The position numbers and the translations under genes are program-made. From Chthoniobacterales bacterium (lineage in GTDB: Bacteria > Verrucomicrobiota > Verrucomicrobiia > Chthoniobacterales > UBA10450), in NCBI GenBank assembly GCA_036498205.1, contig DASXIC010000015.1:152-64151 (forward strand): a stretch of DNA of 64,000 nt. The letters are read 5' to 3'. Under the pieces are notes generated by a model. The model was not told the origin of the DNA and searched no databases. It saw nothing but the letters and a program-made list of their open reading frames with translations. Positions within the stretch are counted from its first letter, which is position 1, and each line of letters opens with the position of its first letter. Positions 25,825 to 34,724 of this stretch are shown here, piece after piece.

Positions 25825-27159
25825 CTAAGATGCGCGTTGGCGGCGTCGGCGAAACTTTTTGCGCAAGAGATAAAGGATCGAGCCAATCGCCAACACGATT
25901 CCATTTACCTCGAACTCCCACAGTGTCGCATGCGCGAGAATCCAGATAATGGTAAGGATGGCGAGGGCGGGAATGATTTTCATGCCGGGAAAATTGAACG
26001 GTTGGCCGTCAGCGCGGACGTCGCGTCGCACTAAAAACCAGCAAGCGGCGCAGCAGAGTAGGTACATCAGGAGAACGGCGACGTTGGAAAGGACGGCAAG
26101 TTGTTCGAAGGTGCCGCTGACCGACAGGGCAAAGGCGAGCACGGCGTAAGTGATTATGGCGAAATCGGGCGTGTGATAGCGCGGATGTACATGGGCAAAC
26201 CATGTTGGCAAGGCGCCGTCACGGCCGAAGGCAAAAATCATACGCGGCGAACTAAGAATGTCGCTAGTGACGAAACCAAAGGCCGAGATGGTGGCACCCG
26301 TGAGCAGGATCGTCCGGCCGATGTTGCCAAGAAATTGGCTGGCCGCTTCGGCGAGCGGGGCGTCTTTGAAATTCGCCAGTTCGCTGCCGAGTGTTCCCTG
26401 CGCTACGAGCTGGATCATGATATAAATGACGGTGGTAATAACTAGTGCGAGGTAAGCGGCACGCGGGACTGTTCGCGCGGGATTCTTCACTTCGCCGCTT
26501 GGGATCAACGCCACTTCGATTCCGACGAAAGCAAAGATCAAGAGGATAACACTGTCGCCTAATGCCTTGCTGCCTGGCCACGCCGTCCAGGTGAGATTCG
26601 CCGGATGAATAAAAAAGATTCCCGCGCAGATGAACAAAAGAAGCGGCAGAAGTTTTGCAAACGTAATGGCCGTTACAGCGCCAGCACCTTCGCGCACGCC
26701 GCGGATATTGATCAATACCAGTGCTCCATAAACGAAAAGCATGACGAAGATGCGCATTATTGGACTGCCTAAGAATGGCACGACCAAGGCGATAGAGTTC
26801 GCTAGGACATTCACCACTCCAGCTACGGCGCCGAGCGCCGTCAGAAAATAGAGCATGCCGGCGAGAAATCCGACGTAACGACCAAAGGCGACTTCGACAT
26901 AGGCGTAAAGTCCGCCTGTAAGCGAGACGCGACTGCCGGCGATAGCAAAACAGGTGACGAATAACACCATCGCGATCGCGCAAACGACGAACGCCAGTGG
27001 CGCGGCCGGCCCGAGTCCCCTCGCCACGGTTGCGGGTATGACAAAAATGCCTGCGCCGATGGTCGAGCTGACAATGTTCGCGGTTAGCGCGGGAATTCCG
27101 ATGCCCCGGACGAGCTGATGGTCGACGCGCTCGGCGTGTTGGAGTGTGTCGTCAGCCAT
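25825..27159 (-). CDS. APC-superfamily amino acid permease
   Basis: 444 aa, ~12 TM helices. The N-terminal IGIPALTANIVSSTIGAGIF is typical of APC permeases. Confidence 0.8.
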   Translation of the reverse strand: MADDTLQHAERVDHQLVRGIGIPALTANIVSSTIGAGIFVIPATVARGLGPAAPLAFVVCAIAMVLFVTCFAIAGSRVSLTGGLYAYVEVAFGRYVGFLAGMLYFLTALGAVAGVVNVLANSIALVVPFLGSPIMRIFVMLFVYGALVLINIRGVREGAGAVTAITFAKLLPLLLFICAGIFFIHPANLTWTAWPGSKALGDSVILLIFAFVGIEVALIPSGEVKNPARTVPRAAYLALVITTVIYIMIQLVAQGTLGSELANFKDAPLAEAASQFLGNIGRTILLTGATISAFGFVTSDILSSPRMIFAFGRDGALPTWFAHVHPRYHTPDFAIITYAVLAFALSVSGTFEQLAVLSNVAVLLMYLLCCAACWFLVRRDVRADGQPFNFPGMKIIPALAILTIIWILAHATLWEFEVNGIVLAIGSILYLLRKKFRRRRQRAS

Positions 27160-27183
27160 CCCGCGATCTCATCCGAGTTGCGA

Positions 27184-27209
27184 CAGGATTAACAGGATTT
27201 TTCAGGATT
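27184..27209. promoter_or_regulatory. Three phased direct repeats CAGGATT upstream of the permease start
   Basis: CAGGATT occurs at 27184-27190, 27193-27199 and 27203-27209 (9- and 10-nt spacing). The nearest copy begins 25 nt upstream of the ATG at 27159, and the array ends about 50 nt upstream. A degenerate CAGGTT lies at 27274-27279. Confidence 0.25.
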
Positions 27210-27287
27210 AAAAGACGCGCTTGGCTTTAATCATTTCGATTGGGCGGTGGTGCGGTTTCTAAATCTCGTTAATCAGGTTTCGCCAAT

Positions 27288-29021
27288 TCAATAACCCGCC
27301 GCCTGCCCGTCCTTGCGCGATTCGCTCGCGCCGACGTAGACACGCTGGCCATCGTGCATCTCCACTTTGATTGCCTGATATCCGCCGTAACCGCCGACGT
27401 CGAAGCGCACGTCATGCCCGCGTTTTTTTAGCTCGCGTACGGTTTCATACGGAATACCGCTTTCTACTTCGACATAGCCTCCGTTTGTCATTTTCTCGTC
27501 CGTCGGTTCGTTATCGCCTTCGTGTTGCCAGCGGGAGGCATCGCCTGCTTCCTGCACGCCCAGCCCGAAATCGATCTGATTCGTGAGCACCTGAACGTGG
27601 CCCTGCGGCTGCATTCCGCCGCCCATGACGCCAAATGCCTCCCACGGTTTTCCCTCTTTCATCACGAAACCCGGAATGATCGTGTGAAAGGGCCGTTTCC
27701 CCGGCGCGTAGACGTTGGCATGGCCAGGCTGCATCGAGAACAGCTCTCCGCGGTCCTGAAACATGAAGCCTAGACCGGGCACGACGATACCGCTGCCCAT
27801 GCCTCGATAGTTGCTTTGAATTAGTGAGACCATGTTGCCTTCATCATCGGCGGTGCACATGTAGATTGTGTCGCCTTGATCCAGAGTGGGATTACCAGCG
27901 GCCAGAGTCTTAGCTGCTCGGTGGGGATCAATTAACTTTCGCCGCTCCGCTGCGTAAGTTTTTGAAAGTAAACCAGCGACGGGAATTTTTCCGAATGCGG
28001 GGTCGGCATAGAACTTGGCCCGATCGGCCCACGCGATCTTCTTCGCCTCGATCATCGTGTGTAACGTGTCCGGCGAGTTGCGACCCATTGCGCGCAGATC
28101 GAAACCTTCCAGGATGTTTAAAATCTGTAGCGTTGCGATGCCCTGACCGTTCGGCGGAAGTTCGAAAACATCGTAACCCCGATAGTTGGTCGAGACGGGA
28201 TCGACCCAGGTGCTGCTATGTTTCTCGAAGTCCGCTTTGCGCAAGTAGCCACCATTTGCCTGCATGAAAGCATCGATCTTATCTGCGACCTCTCCTCTGT
28301 AAAAAACATCGCGCCCTTTCTCGCCAATCAACCGGAGCGTGTTTACCAGCCCTGGATTTTTGAAAATGTCGCCTTTCGCCGGTGTCCGGCCTTTCCCATC
28401 CAGTGTGTAGGTCTCAAGAAACGCACCTGGGAATCCCTTGTAAATTTCCGGGCCGAAATGCCAGTAAAAAGCAATTAACTCAGTTACCGGAAAACCTTCC
28501 TCTGCATAACGGATCACAGGAGCGAGATCGTCACTAAATTTCAACTTCCCGAATTTTTTGTGCAGCTCGGCCCACGCATCAACGCAGCCGGGAACACTAA
28601 TCGGCAACATTCCCTGGGGCGGGATTGTTTTGCGATTCAGCTTGTCGAGCTCCGCTTTCATCTGGTCGTAACTGAGCCCAAATGGGGAGCGTCCGCTTCC
28701 GTTTAGCCCATACAGCTTGTTTTCTTTGGCGCTGTAAACGATCGCGAACAAATCGCCACCGATCCCATTCGAAACCGGCTCCATCAGACCAAGCGTTGCA
28801 TTCGCGGCGATGGCAGCGTCGACCGCGCTTCCACCCTTCTTCAAGATATCAAGACCGACCTGTGTCGCGGCCGGTACACTCGTGCAAACCATTCCGTGTT
28901 TACCTAGTACTTCCGATCGCGTCGCGAACGGCTTGCCCGTAATCCGATCGACTTGGGCTACAGCAGAGATGCAGAAACACGCCATCAGGACAACGAACAA
29001 ATTTCGAGATGCTTGCGACAT
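27288..29021 (-). CDS. ggt: Gamma-glutamyltransferase
   Basis: 577 aa with a signal peptide. The autoprocessing site context is GDTIYMCTAD, and GGMQPQGHVQV lies near the C-terminus. Confidence 0.9.
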   Translation of the reverse strand: MSQASRNLFVVLMACFCISAVAQVDRITGKPFATRSEVLGKHGMVCTSVPAATQVGLDILKKGGSAVDAAIAANATLGLMEPVSNGIGGDLFAIVYSAKENKLYGLNGSGRSPFGLSYDQMKAELDKLNRKTIPPQGMLPISVPGCVDAWAELHKKFGKLKFSDDLAPVIRYAEEGFPVTELIAFYWHFGPEIYKGFPGAFLETYTLDGKGRTPAKGDIFKNPGLVNTLRLIGEKGRDVFYRGEVADKIDAFMQANGGYLRKADFEKHSSTWVDPVSTNYRGYDVFELPPNGQGIATLQILNILEGFDLRAMGRNSPDTLHTMIEAKKIAWADRAKFYADPAFGKIPVAGLLSKTYAAERRKLIDPHRAAKTLAAGNPTLDQGDTIYMCTADDEGNMVSLIQSNYRGMGSGIVVPGLGFMFQDRGELFSMQPGHANVYAPGKRPFHTIIPGFVMKEGKPWEAFGVMGGGMQPQGHVQVLTNQIDFGLGVQEAGDASRWQHEGDNEPTDEKMTNGGYVEVESGIPYETVRELKKRGHDVRFDVGGYGGYQAIKVEMHDGQRVYVGASESRKDGQAAGY

Positions 29022-29108
29022 GCCGGGAGCGTAGCACCGCTATGGTCTGGAGCGAACGCGAGGAATCTCGCCACGGAGAGATTTCAGTCGTCAGCTACGC
29101 GGCTTGGG

Positions 29109-30479
29109 ATGACAACCGCAACTACGCGCACTAACATCACGCTCATGCGTGCATCTCACCTCGAAGATTTTTATCAATTTCTCCGTTTCCCGAGTGTTTC
29201 GACCGACGAGGATTACTCGGAAAAAGTGACCGAATGTGCGCATTGGCTGGTCGAAAAACTCACGGCCATCGGTTTAACGGCGAAACTCCATCCGACTCCG
29301 GGACACCCTGTGGTCTGGGCGCGAAACAAACATTTGCCCGGGCGGCACACGGTGCTGATCTATGGCCATTATGATGTGCAGCCCCCCGATCCGCTTGAGT
29401 TGTGGGAGTCGCCACCTTTTGAACCGGTTCTAAAAAACGGTTTCGTTTTCGCGCGCGGGGCCACTGATAACAAGGGGCAGATTCTTTCACACATCCTGGG
29501 CCTACAGGAACAATTGGAAGGTGCCGGTGATTTGCCGGTGAACTTGAACTTGATCATCGAAGGGGAGGAAGAAATCGGCAGCGGCAATCTCGGAAATTTT
29601 CTCTCCCAGAATCGGGCCGATTTGAAATGCGACGTGGCGGTTGTTTCCGATACCGGAATGGTCGCGCGCGGCGTGCCAACTCTGAGTTACGGCTTACGAG
29701 GAGTTGCCGGGCTCGAGCTAAAGATTACGGGCCCCAAAATGGACCTGCATTCGGGCATCTATGGTGGCGCGGTGGCAAACCCGCTCACTGCCATGGCTCG
29801 ATTGCTGGCCACCTTGCACGATGCCGACGGACACGTCGCGATCCCGGGCTTTTATAACGACGTTCTACCAATGGAAAACTGGGAGCGTGAGACATGGCGA
29901 AAAGTGCCGATAAATGTCGACGAAGAGATCGTGAAAGAAACCGGTGTGCCCGTGCTCTTTGGTGAGAAAGGATTTTCTACACTGGAACGGCTCTGGGCGA
30001 GACCGACAGCAGAGATCAACGGTTTTGGCGGCGGTTATCAGGGCCGGGGGACGAAGACAGTGATCGGACGAGAATCGTTCGCGAAACTCACTTTCCGGCT
30101 CGTCCCGAATCAGAATGGAGAAAAAATCATCGCCTTGGCGCAGGAGCATCTGCGAAAAAATTGCCCGCCAGGCGTCCGACTCGACATGACACCGGGGCAC
30201 TCTGGCCCCTGGTATCTGACAGATCCCAACTCCAAGTACGGCAAAGCAGCCCAAATTGCCCTCAAAGAGGCATTCGATCGGGATGCGGTATTGATTCGTG
30301 AAGGGGGTAGCATCCCTATCGTGTCCGATTTCCGAAATATCCTCGGCGTCGAGACGCTTTTGCTAGGACTCGCGCTGCCCGATTGTCGTGCGCACTCACC
30401 TAACGAAAATTTTCCACTCGAAAATCTCGACGCCGGAATTCGCATCAATAAGGCCGTCCTTCAAGAAATTGCGAACTGA
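29109..30479 (+). CDS. M20-family metallodipeptidase (CNDP/Dug1-like, possible Cys-Gly dipeptidase)
   Basis: IYGHYDVQPPDPLELWESPPFEP, ARGATDNKGQ, IIEGEEEIGS. The start is moved to the ATG at 29109 to avoid overlapping the divergent ggt start. Confidence 0.8.
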   Translation: MTTATTRTNITLMRASHLEDFYQFLRFPSVSTDEDYSEKVTECAHWLVEKLTAIGLTAKLHPTPGHPVVWARNKHLPGRHTVLIYGHYDVQPPDPLELWESPPFEPVLKNGFVFARGATDNKGQILSHILGLQEQLEGAGDLPVNLNLIIEGEEEIGSGNLGNFLSQNRADLKCDVAVVSDTGMVARGVPTLSYGLRGVAGLELKITGPKMDLHSGIYGGAVANPLTAMARLLATLHDADGHVAIPGFYNDVLPMENWERETWRKVPINVDEEIVKETGVPVLFGEKGFSTLERLWARPTAEINGFGGGYQGRGTKTVIGRESFAKLTFRLVPNQNGEKIIALAQEHLRKNCPPGVRLDMTPGHSGPWYLTDPNSKYGKAAQIALKEAFDRDAVLIREGGSIPIVSDFRNILGVETLLLGLALPDCRAHSPNENFPLENLDAGIRINKAVLQEIAN

Positions 30480-30495
30480 TCGCATCACAACAGGT

Positions 30496-31491
30496 GTGAC
30501 GTTTGCACGGATAATTGTCTCGGCGTTCCTGATCGTCTCGTTTTCGGCACCGGTCCAGGCTGAGCAGACGATTGGTAACGCGATCAAAAAGGTTTTTTCG
30601 ACGCCTACCCCAACGCCCGCGCGGAAAAAGAAAAAAACCTCAACCTCGAAAAAAGAAGCATCGTCCCCGTCGCCAAGCGCGTCGCCGCGCCCAAAAGGGA
30701 AACATTCGCCCTCGCCGGCAGCGAAACCGGAAGAAACGCCGGGCGCCGCTGAAAAAGGTTCGTCGAAGTCCAAAAAAAGAAAATCTAAGACGTCGCCGGA
30801 AGCAACGGAGACACCGGCATCCACAACAACACCAGAGTCCTCGCCAACCGAGACTCCAACCGTTGCCCCGGAGAATTCGCCCTCTGTCTCGCCTCAACCG
30901 AAACAGAGGAAGAATGGCGGCGCACCGAACGCGACGCTATCTCCTGCCGAGATAAAAGGGTTCGAGGACAACCCGCCGCGCGTTCGTAAACTGCTTGAGT
31001 CTGCGCTTGAACTCACTGCACGCAATCTTGGCTACCAGTACGGCTCGGCCGACCCCGCTAACGGCGGCATGGACTGCTCCGGTTTCGTTTATTACGTCTT
31101 GAAGCAGAATGGATTGGGCGACGTTCCGAGGGATTCGAGCCAACAATATGTCTGGCTCCGTCGCGCTGGAAAATTTGAACCGGTTGCGAGCCATAAAGAT
31201 GATTCATTCGAGCTGGAAAATTTGAAGCCCGGTGATCTGCTATTTTGGACCGGGACATACTCCATCGAACGCGACCCGCCAATTACGCACGCAATGATCT
31301 ACCTGGGCCGCGAGAAGAAAACCGGTGCGCGAGTAATGGTGGGTTCAAGCGATGGGCGCGTTTATCAGGGACAATCGCGTAACGGAGTCAGCGTTTTCGA
31401 TTTCAAAGTTGAACGCCGGGACACTGCGGACAACGGTAAACTTCGGCCGACATTTATTGGCTATGGTCACATCCCCGGCTTGCGCGAATAG
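30496..31491 (+). CDS. NlpC/P60 (C40) cell-wall peptidase with a Lys/Ser/Pro/Thr-rich linker
   Basis: Catalytic GGMDCSGFVYYVL and THAMIYLG. A signal-like segment VTFARIIVSAFLIVSFSAPVQA starts from the GTG at 30496. The listed ATG at 30388 would overlap the M20 gene by 92 nt, so the start is uncertain. Confidence 0.7.
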   Translation: MTFARIIVSAFLIVSFSAPVQAEQTIGNAIKKVFSTPTPTPARKKKKTSTSKKEASSPSPSASPRPKGKHSPSPAAKPEETPGAAEKGSSKSKKRKSKTSPEATETPASTTTPESSPTETPTVAPENSPSVSPQPKQRKNGGAPNATLSPAEIKGFEDNPPRVRKLLESALELTARNLGYQYGSADPANGGMDCSGFVYYVLKQNGLGDVPRDSSQQYVWLRRAGKFEPVASHKDDSFELENLKPGDLLFWTGTYSIERDPPITHAMIYLGREKKTGARVMVGSSDGRVYQGQSRNGVSVFDFKVERRDTADNGKLRPTFIGYGHIPGLRE

Positions 31492-31553
31492 TCCTAAGAG
31501 ATTTTTTATTTCAGGGCGATGTCGCTCGGACGTTGCGAGGTCGGTCGCCTCGC

Positions 31554-32243
31554 TCAAGAGGAGCGCAAACAACCCCTTGGATCTGATAATCCCGCCTCGC
31601 GAAATCCTTTTGCCCGTAATCGGCACGAGTCACATTCGCCACAGGCAGCTCCGTCGGGGGCGGGATCGTAGCAGCTGTGCGTCAGGGAGAAATCGACGCC
31701 CAACTCTGTCCCTTTTCGGATAATTTCGGCCTTTGTCATGGCGATTAGAGGAGAGCGAATGCGAAACCGCTCGCCTGAAACCCCCGCTTTGGTCGCCAAA
31801 TTGGCCAGCCGCTCAAATTGCTCGATGAACTCTGGCCGGCAATCCGGATAGCCGCTGTAATCGAGCGCATTGACGCCGATAAAAATGTCATCGGCGCCGA
31901 CGACCTCCGCCCAGGCCAGTGCATATCCGAGAAAAATCGTATTTCGTGCCGGAACATATGTGAGTGGAATCTTGCTTTCCATCTCGTCCTCCGACCGATT
32001 CTTCGGAACATCGATCGAGTCCGTTAACGCGGAACCGCCGAACGCTCGGAGATCTATTTTTACGATTCGGTGCTCCCGCACCTGCAAATCCTGCGCGACA
32101 CTTTTGGCGGCAGCGATCTCGATTGCGTGACGCTGTCCATACTCAAACGAAAGGGCAAAAACGTCGTAGCCTTCCTGCTTTGCCAGAGCAAGAGTGGTGG
32201 CCGAATCCAGTCCTCCGCTCAGCAAAACGATTGCGCGCCTCAT
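31554..32243 (-). CDS. queC: 7-cyano-7-deazaguanine synthase QueC
   Basis: [15 protein letters not shown]-loop and the C-terminal Cys cluster [17 protein letters not shown]. Confidence 0.9.
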   Translation of the reverse strand: MRRAIVLLSGGLDSATTLALAKQEGYDVFALSFEYGQRHAIEIAAAKSVAQDLQVREHRIVKIDLRAFGGSALTDSIDVPKNRSEDEMESKIPLTYVPARNTIFLGYALAWAEVVGADDIFIGVNALDYSGYPDCRPEFIEQFERLANLATKAGVSGERFRIRSPLIAMTKAEIIRKGTELGVDFSLTHSCYDPAPDGAACGECDSCRLRAKGFREAGLSDPRGCLRSS

Positions 32244-32680
32244 CCGCCATTCCGGCTAGTGCGCGCAAGATCGGGAAAGCTCGCTCGCACCGTGAGGGCG
32301 ATCCCGCCGCGGGCAGAAAAGCCAGCCGTAACAATCGCTTCGTGCGGAGCGCACGATTTCACGAAATCATCGAGAATCCGATTGGTAATTGCCTCATTAA
32401 AGGCCCGCTCATTGCGAAAAGAAGCGAGATAAAATTTTAGCGACTTGCTCTCAATGCAGAGTCTGGCGGGAACATAATCGATCTGGATTTTTGCGAAGTC
32501 GGCCTGGCCTGTGATGGGGCAAAGGGCAGTAAAATCTGATGTCTCAAAATGGATCCAAAATCTCCGGCGCGCAGTATTCGGAAAAGTTTCGAGTGTTGCC
32601 GCCGTCGGAGAGGGCGGGATACGAGCATCGCTATTCCCCAAGAGTGTGAGGCGTGGCGATTTTTTCCTGGTTTTCATCAT
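32240..32680 (-). CDS. queF: NADPH-dependent 7-cyano-7-deazaguanine reductase QueF (type I)
   Basis: [36 protein letters not shown]. The 4-nt overlap with queC and the start at MMKTRKK parallel the B. subtilis QueF N-terminus as I recall it. Confidence 0.85.
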   Translation of the reverse strand: MMKTRKKSPRLTLLGNSDARIPPSPTAATLETFPNTARRRFWIHFETSDFTALCPITGQADFAKIQIDYVPARLCIESKSLKFYLASFRNERAFNEAITNRILDDFVKSCAPHEAIVTAGFSARGGIALTVRASFPDLARTSRNGG

Positions 32681-32771
32681 GACCAGCGTAACCGAAGGCG
32701 AGCACAATTACGAGAGGCCTTGTCATAAGGAGCGCTCTCTCCTTCAGCATCGTGGAACCGCCGGAAACGAA

Positions 32772-33650
32772 TTAATCCGGATGCTGAAGCATCGGGTTTT
32801 TCAACGCGCGTTCGCGATCGCCGTCTTTGCTGTAATTCCAGTAATCAGCTTTCAGACCGCGTTTCATTTTTAATGTTGAACCGTCTGCCATTTGCCATTC
32901 GCGAAGCAGATAGGGAAAATTCCGATCGAGAATAAATCGGTCTTTCCCGTTCGGCTCTGTTGCGATTACCTCAATGCTCTTCTCCGCCATCTTCCACGAA
33001 ATCTTCACTGCCCTAAATTCAACCTTATTGTCTTTAAACCGGGTCAATGTGGGCGCGACTTGCACATCGAATTCGCCCTCCGGCTTCGACCAGTCAATCG
33101 TCCGTACTCGCAGCGGAAGTTCGTCATAGAACACTGCGTTCGGCGGGGATGAGATGGGGATGGGGAAAGCGCTTCCCTCGCCATAAGTGTCGCTTGTGTA
33201 AGTCAGCATCGGTCCGTTTAATTCGATTTTTCTGGCTGCATTCCCAAAACTGTCAGTTCCGACAAACATCAGGCGAGCGAGCGATGCTGAGTCAGGCCAC
33301 CAGGAGCCAACGATTGATCCTTGTTCCATGAACATGCCGATGGGTACGGACCAAATTTGGTTCATCCGAATCACCTGTTTTGCGTCGGCTTCTTTAGGGC
33401 TGCCGATGCGCGCCAAAGTTTTCCTATTGACCCATTCCCGAAGAAAAATGTGCAACACCTCGCATTTTCGGGGTTGGCCATCGCGGATCAGCCTCGCATC
33501 ATAGATATTGAATTCGGCCTTGCCGTCGCTCCAGTAACTATCGTTGCCCAAAAGACCGGGCGTAAATTGTGCCTGCGCGTGCCTGACAGGGGTTATTGCG
33601 AGTAAAACCCAGCCGAATAAAGTTCCGACCCGGAAAACCTTGTCTCTCAT
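32772..33650 (-). CDS. Secreted protein of unknown function
   Basis: 292 aa with signal peptide MRDKVFRVGTLFGWVLLAITPVRHAQA. No family recognised. Confidence 0.5.
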   Translation of the reverse strand: MRDKVFRVGTLFGWVLLAITPVRHAQAQFTPGLLGNDSYWSDGKAEFNIYDARLIRDGQPRKCEVLHIFLREWVNRKTLARIGSPKEADAKQVIRMNQIWSVPIGMFMEQGSIVGSWWPDSASLARLMFVGTDSFGNAARKIELNGPMLTYTSDTYGEGSAFPIPISSPPNAVFYDELPLRVRTIDWSKPEGEFDVQVAPTLTRFKDNKVEFRAVKISWKMAEKSIEVIATEPNGKDRFILDRNFPYLLREWQMADGSTLKMKRGLKADYWNYSKDGDRERALKNPMLQHPD

Positions 33651-33759
33651 GTCGAGGAAGCCGAGATATCTCTACCTATTCTGCCACGGAAAAGGCGAGA
33701 GATTCCTGGCCTTCCCGTCGAAATGACAGGGCCCCTTTCGTAGAATATAACGTTCTCTT

Positions 33760-34164
33760 GTGAGTGAGAAAAATCCTGCCGTCCTTAGCGGCGTTGCCAA
33801 TTCGGGCGTGATCGATCTTTTTGGATTCGATTCCGCACGGAGCGAAGTGTTGCTGGTAATGAACGAACCGCGACCTTGGGTCGGTGGAGATGAACAGCTG
33901 CACCAATTGCAGGAAAAATTTAACGCTTACGCTTCGTTTATTCTTGATGGAGAGATGGCTGCCGCACATCCGGAACTCGCCGGAAAACCGGCCCGAATCG
34001 AATTACGATGCGCTCAATTGCCCGCTGACGAGGGCCTGGCGCTGTTAGAGGCGATCCACGATCAGCTCGAGTTGCAGGATATTAAGGTGGAAGTTGTGGT
34101 GGTGGAGAAGGGCGGTTGCGGAGAAGGCTGTACCTGTAAAGCAGCCTCTCACGCGGCGGAATGA
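33760..34164 (+). CDS. Small acidic protein of unknown function with a C-terminal Cys cluster
   Basis: 134 aa, ending ...VVVVEKGGCGEGCTCKAASHAAE. No family recognised. Confidence 0.45.
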   Translation: MSEKNPAVLSGVANSGVIDLFGFDSARSEVLLVMNEPRPWVGGDEQLHQLQEKFNAYASFILDGEMAAAHPELAGKPARIELRCAQLPADEGLALLEAIHDQLELQDIKVEVVVVEKGGCGEGCTCKAASHAAE

Positions 34165-34176
34165 TTCGCTCGGCAA

Positions 34177-34707
34177 TCAGTATTTCAAAAAAGACGTGAC
34201 CGGTGTTGGCTGGAGTTTTGTTCGGCCGTCCAAAAACTCCAGCTCGATCAGGAACATTGCCTCTACCAGATTGCCACCAACCTTTTTGATTAGTGTCGCA
34301 GCAGACGCTGACGTCCCGCCTGTGGCAAGGAGATCGTCTATCAGAACGATCCTTTCGCCTTCCTTTATCGCGTCAATGTGCAGTTCCATCTCCGCCTCCC
34401 CATATTCGAGTGAATACTTGGCGCTCTCCGTCTTGTAAGGCAGCCGGCCCTTTTTGCGCAGCGGTACGAATCCGACGCAAAGTTCATAGGCGACAGCGGA
34501 GCCGAAGAGGAAACCGCGAGCGTCAATACCGACAATCTTGTCAATGGATTTGCCGCGACATTGTTGAAGAAAAACGTCGATTGATTCTCTGAAGAGTCCC
34601 CCGTCACTCAGGATCGGAGTGATATCCTTAAAGAGGATTCCTTTCTTGGGAAAATCGGGCACGTCGCGAACAGCCGCACGCAATTTTGAAATCGTATCAT
34701 CTGCCAT
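34177..34707 (-). CDS. apt: Adenine phosphoribosyltransferase
   Basis: FPKKGILFKDITP and the PRPP motif RIVLIDDLLATGGT. The start at MADDTISK (34707) removes the overlap with the upstream gene. Confidence 0.9.
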   Translation of the reverse strand: MADDTISKLRAAVRDVPDFPKKGILFKDITPILSDGGLFRESIDVFLQQCRGKSIDKIVGIDARGFLFGSAVAYELCVGFVPLRKKGRLPYKTESAKYSLEYGEAEMELHIDAIKEGERIVLIDDLLATGGTSASAATLIKKVGGNLVEAMFLIELEFLDGRTKLQPTPVTSFLKY

Positions 34708-34724
34708 AGCGCGGCCGATGCTAC

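Noticed and set aside
28953-29108. The long N-terminal extension of the M20 dipeptidase ORF. Similar extensions occur on the tgt, hemC, cobA/hemD, E2, apt and yajC ORFs.
   Set aside because: The extensions overlap neighbouring genes or divergent starts, are Arg-rich, and precede internal ATGs at which the conserved family N-termini begin. The shorter starts were adopted.
31535-31553. The hairpin GCGAGG-TCGGTCG-CCTCGC right after the queC stop, considered as an intrinsic terminator.
   Set aside because: No U-tract follows it on either strand, and the stem is only 6 bp. It is not reported as a feature.
32681-32771. A possible preQ1 riboswitch upstream of queF-queC.
   Set aside because: I read the minus-strand leader and found no match to the short preQ1-I/II consensus as I remember it. 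I found only a small AAGGAG/CTCCTT hairpin. The space is ~90 nt and the region is not convincing.
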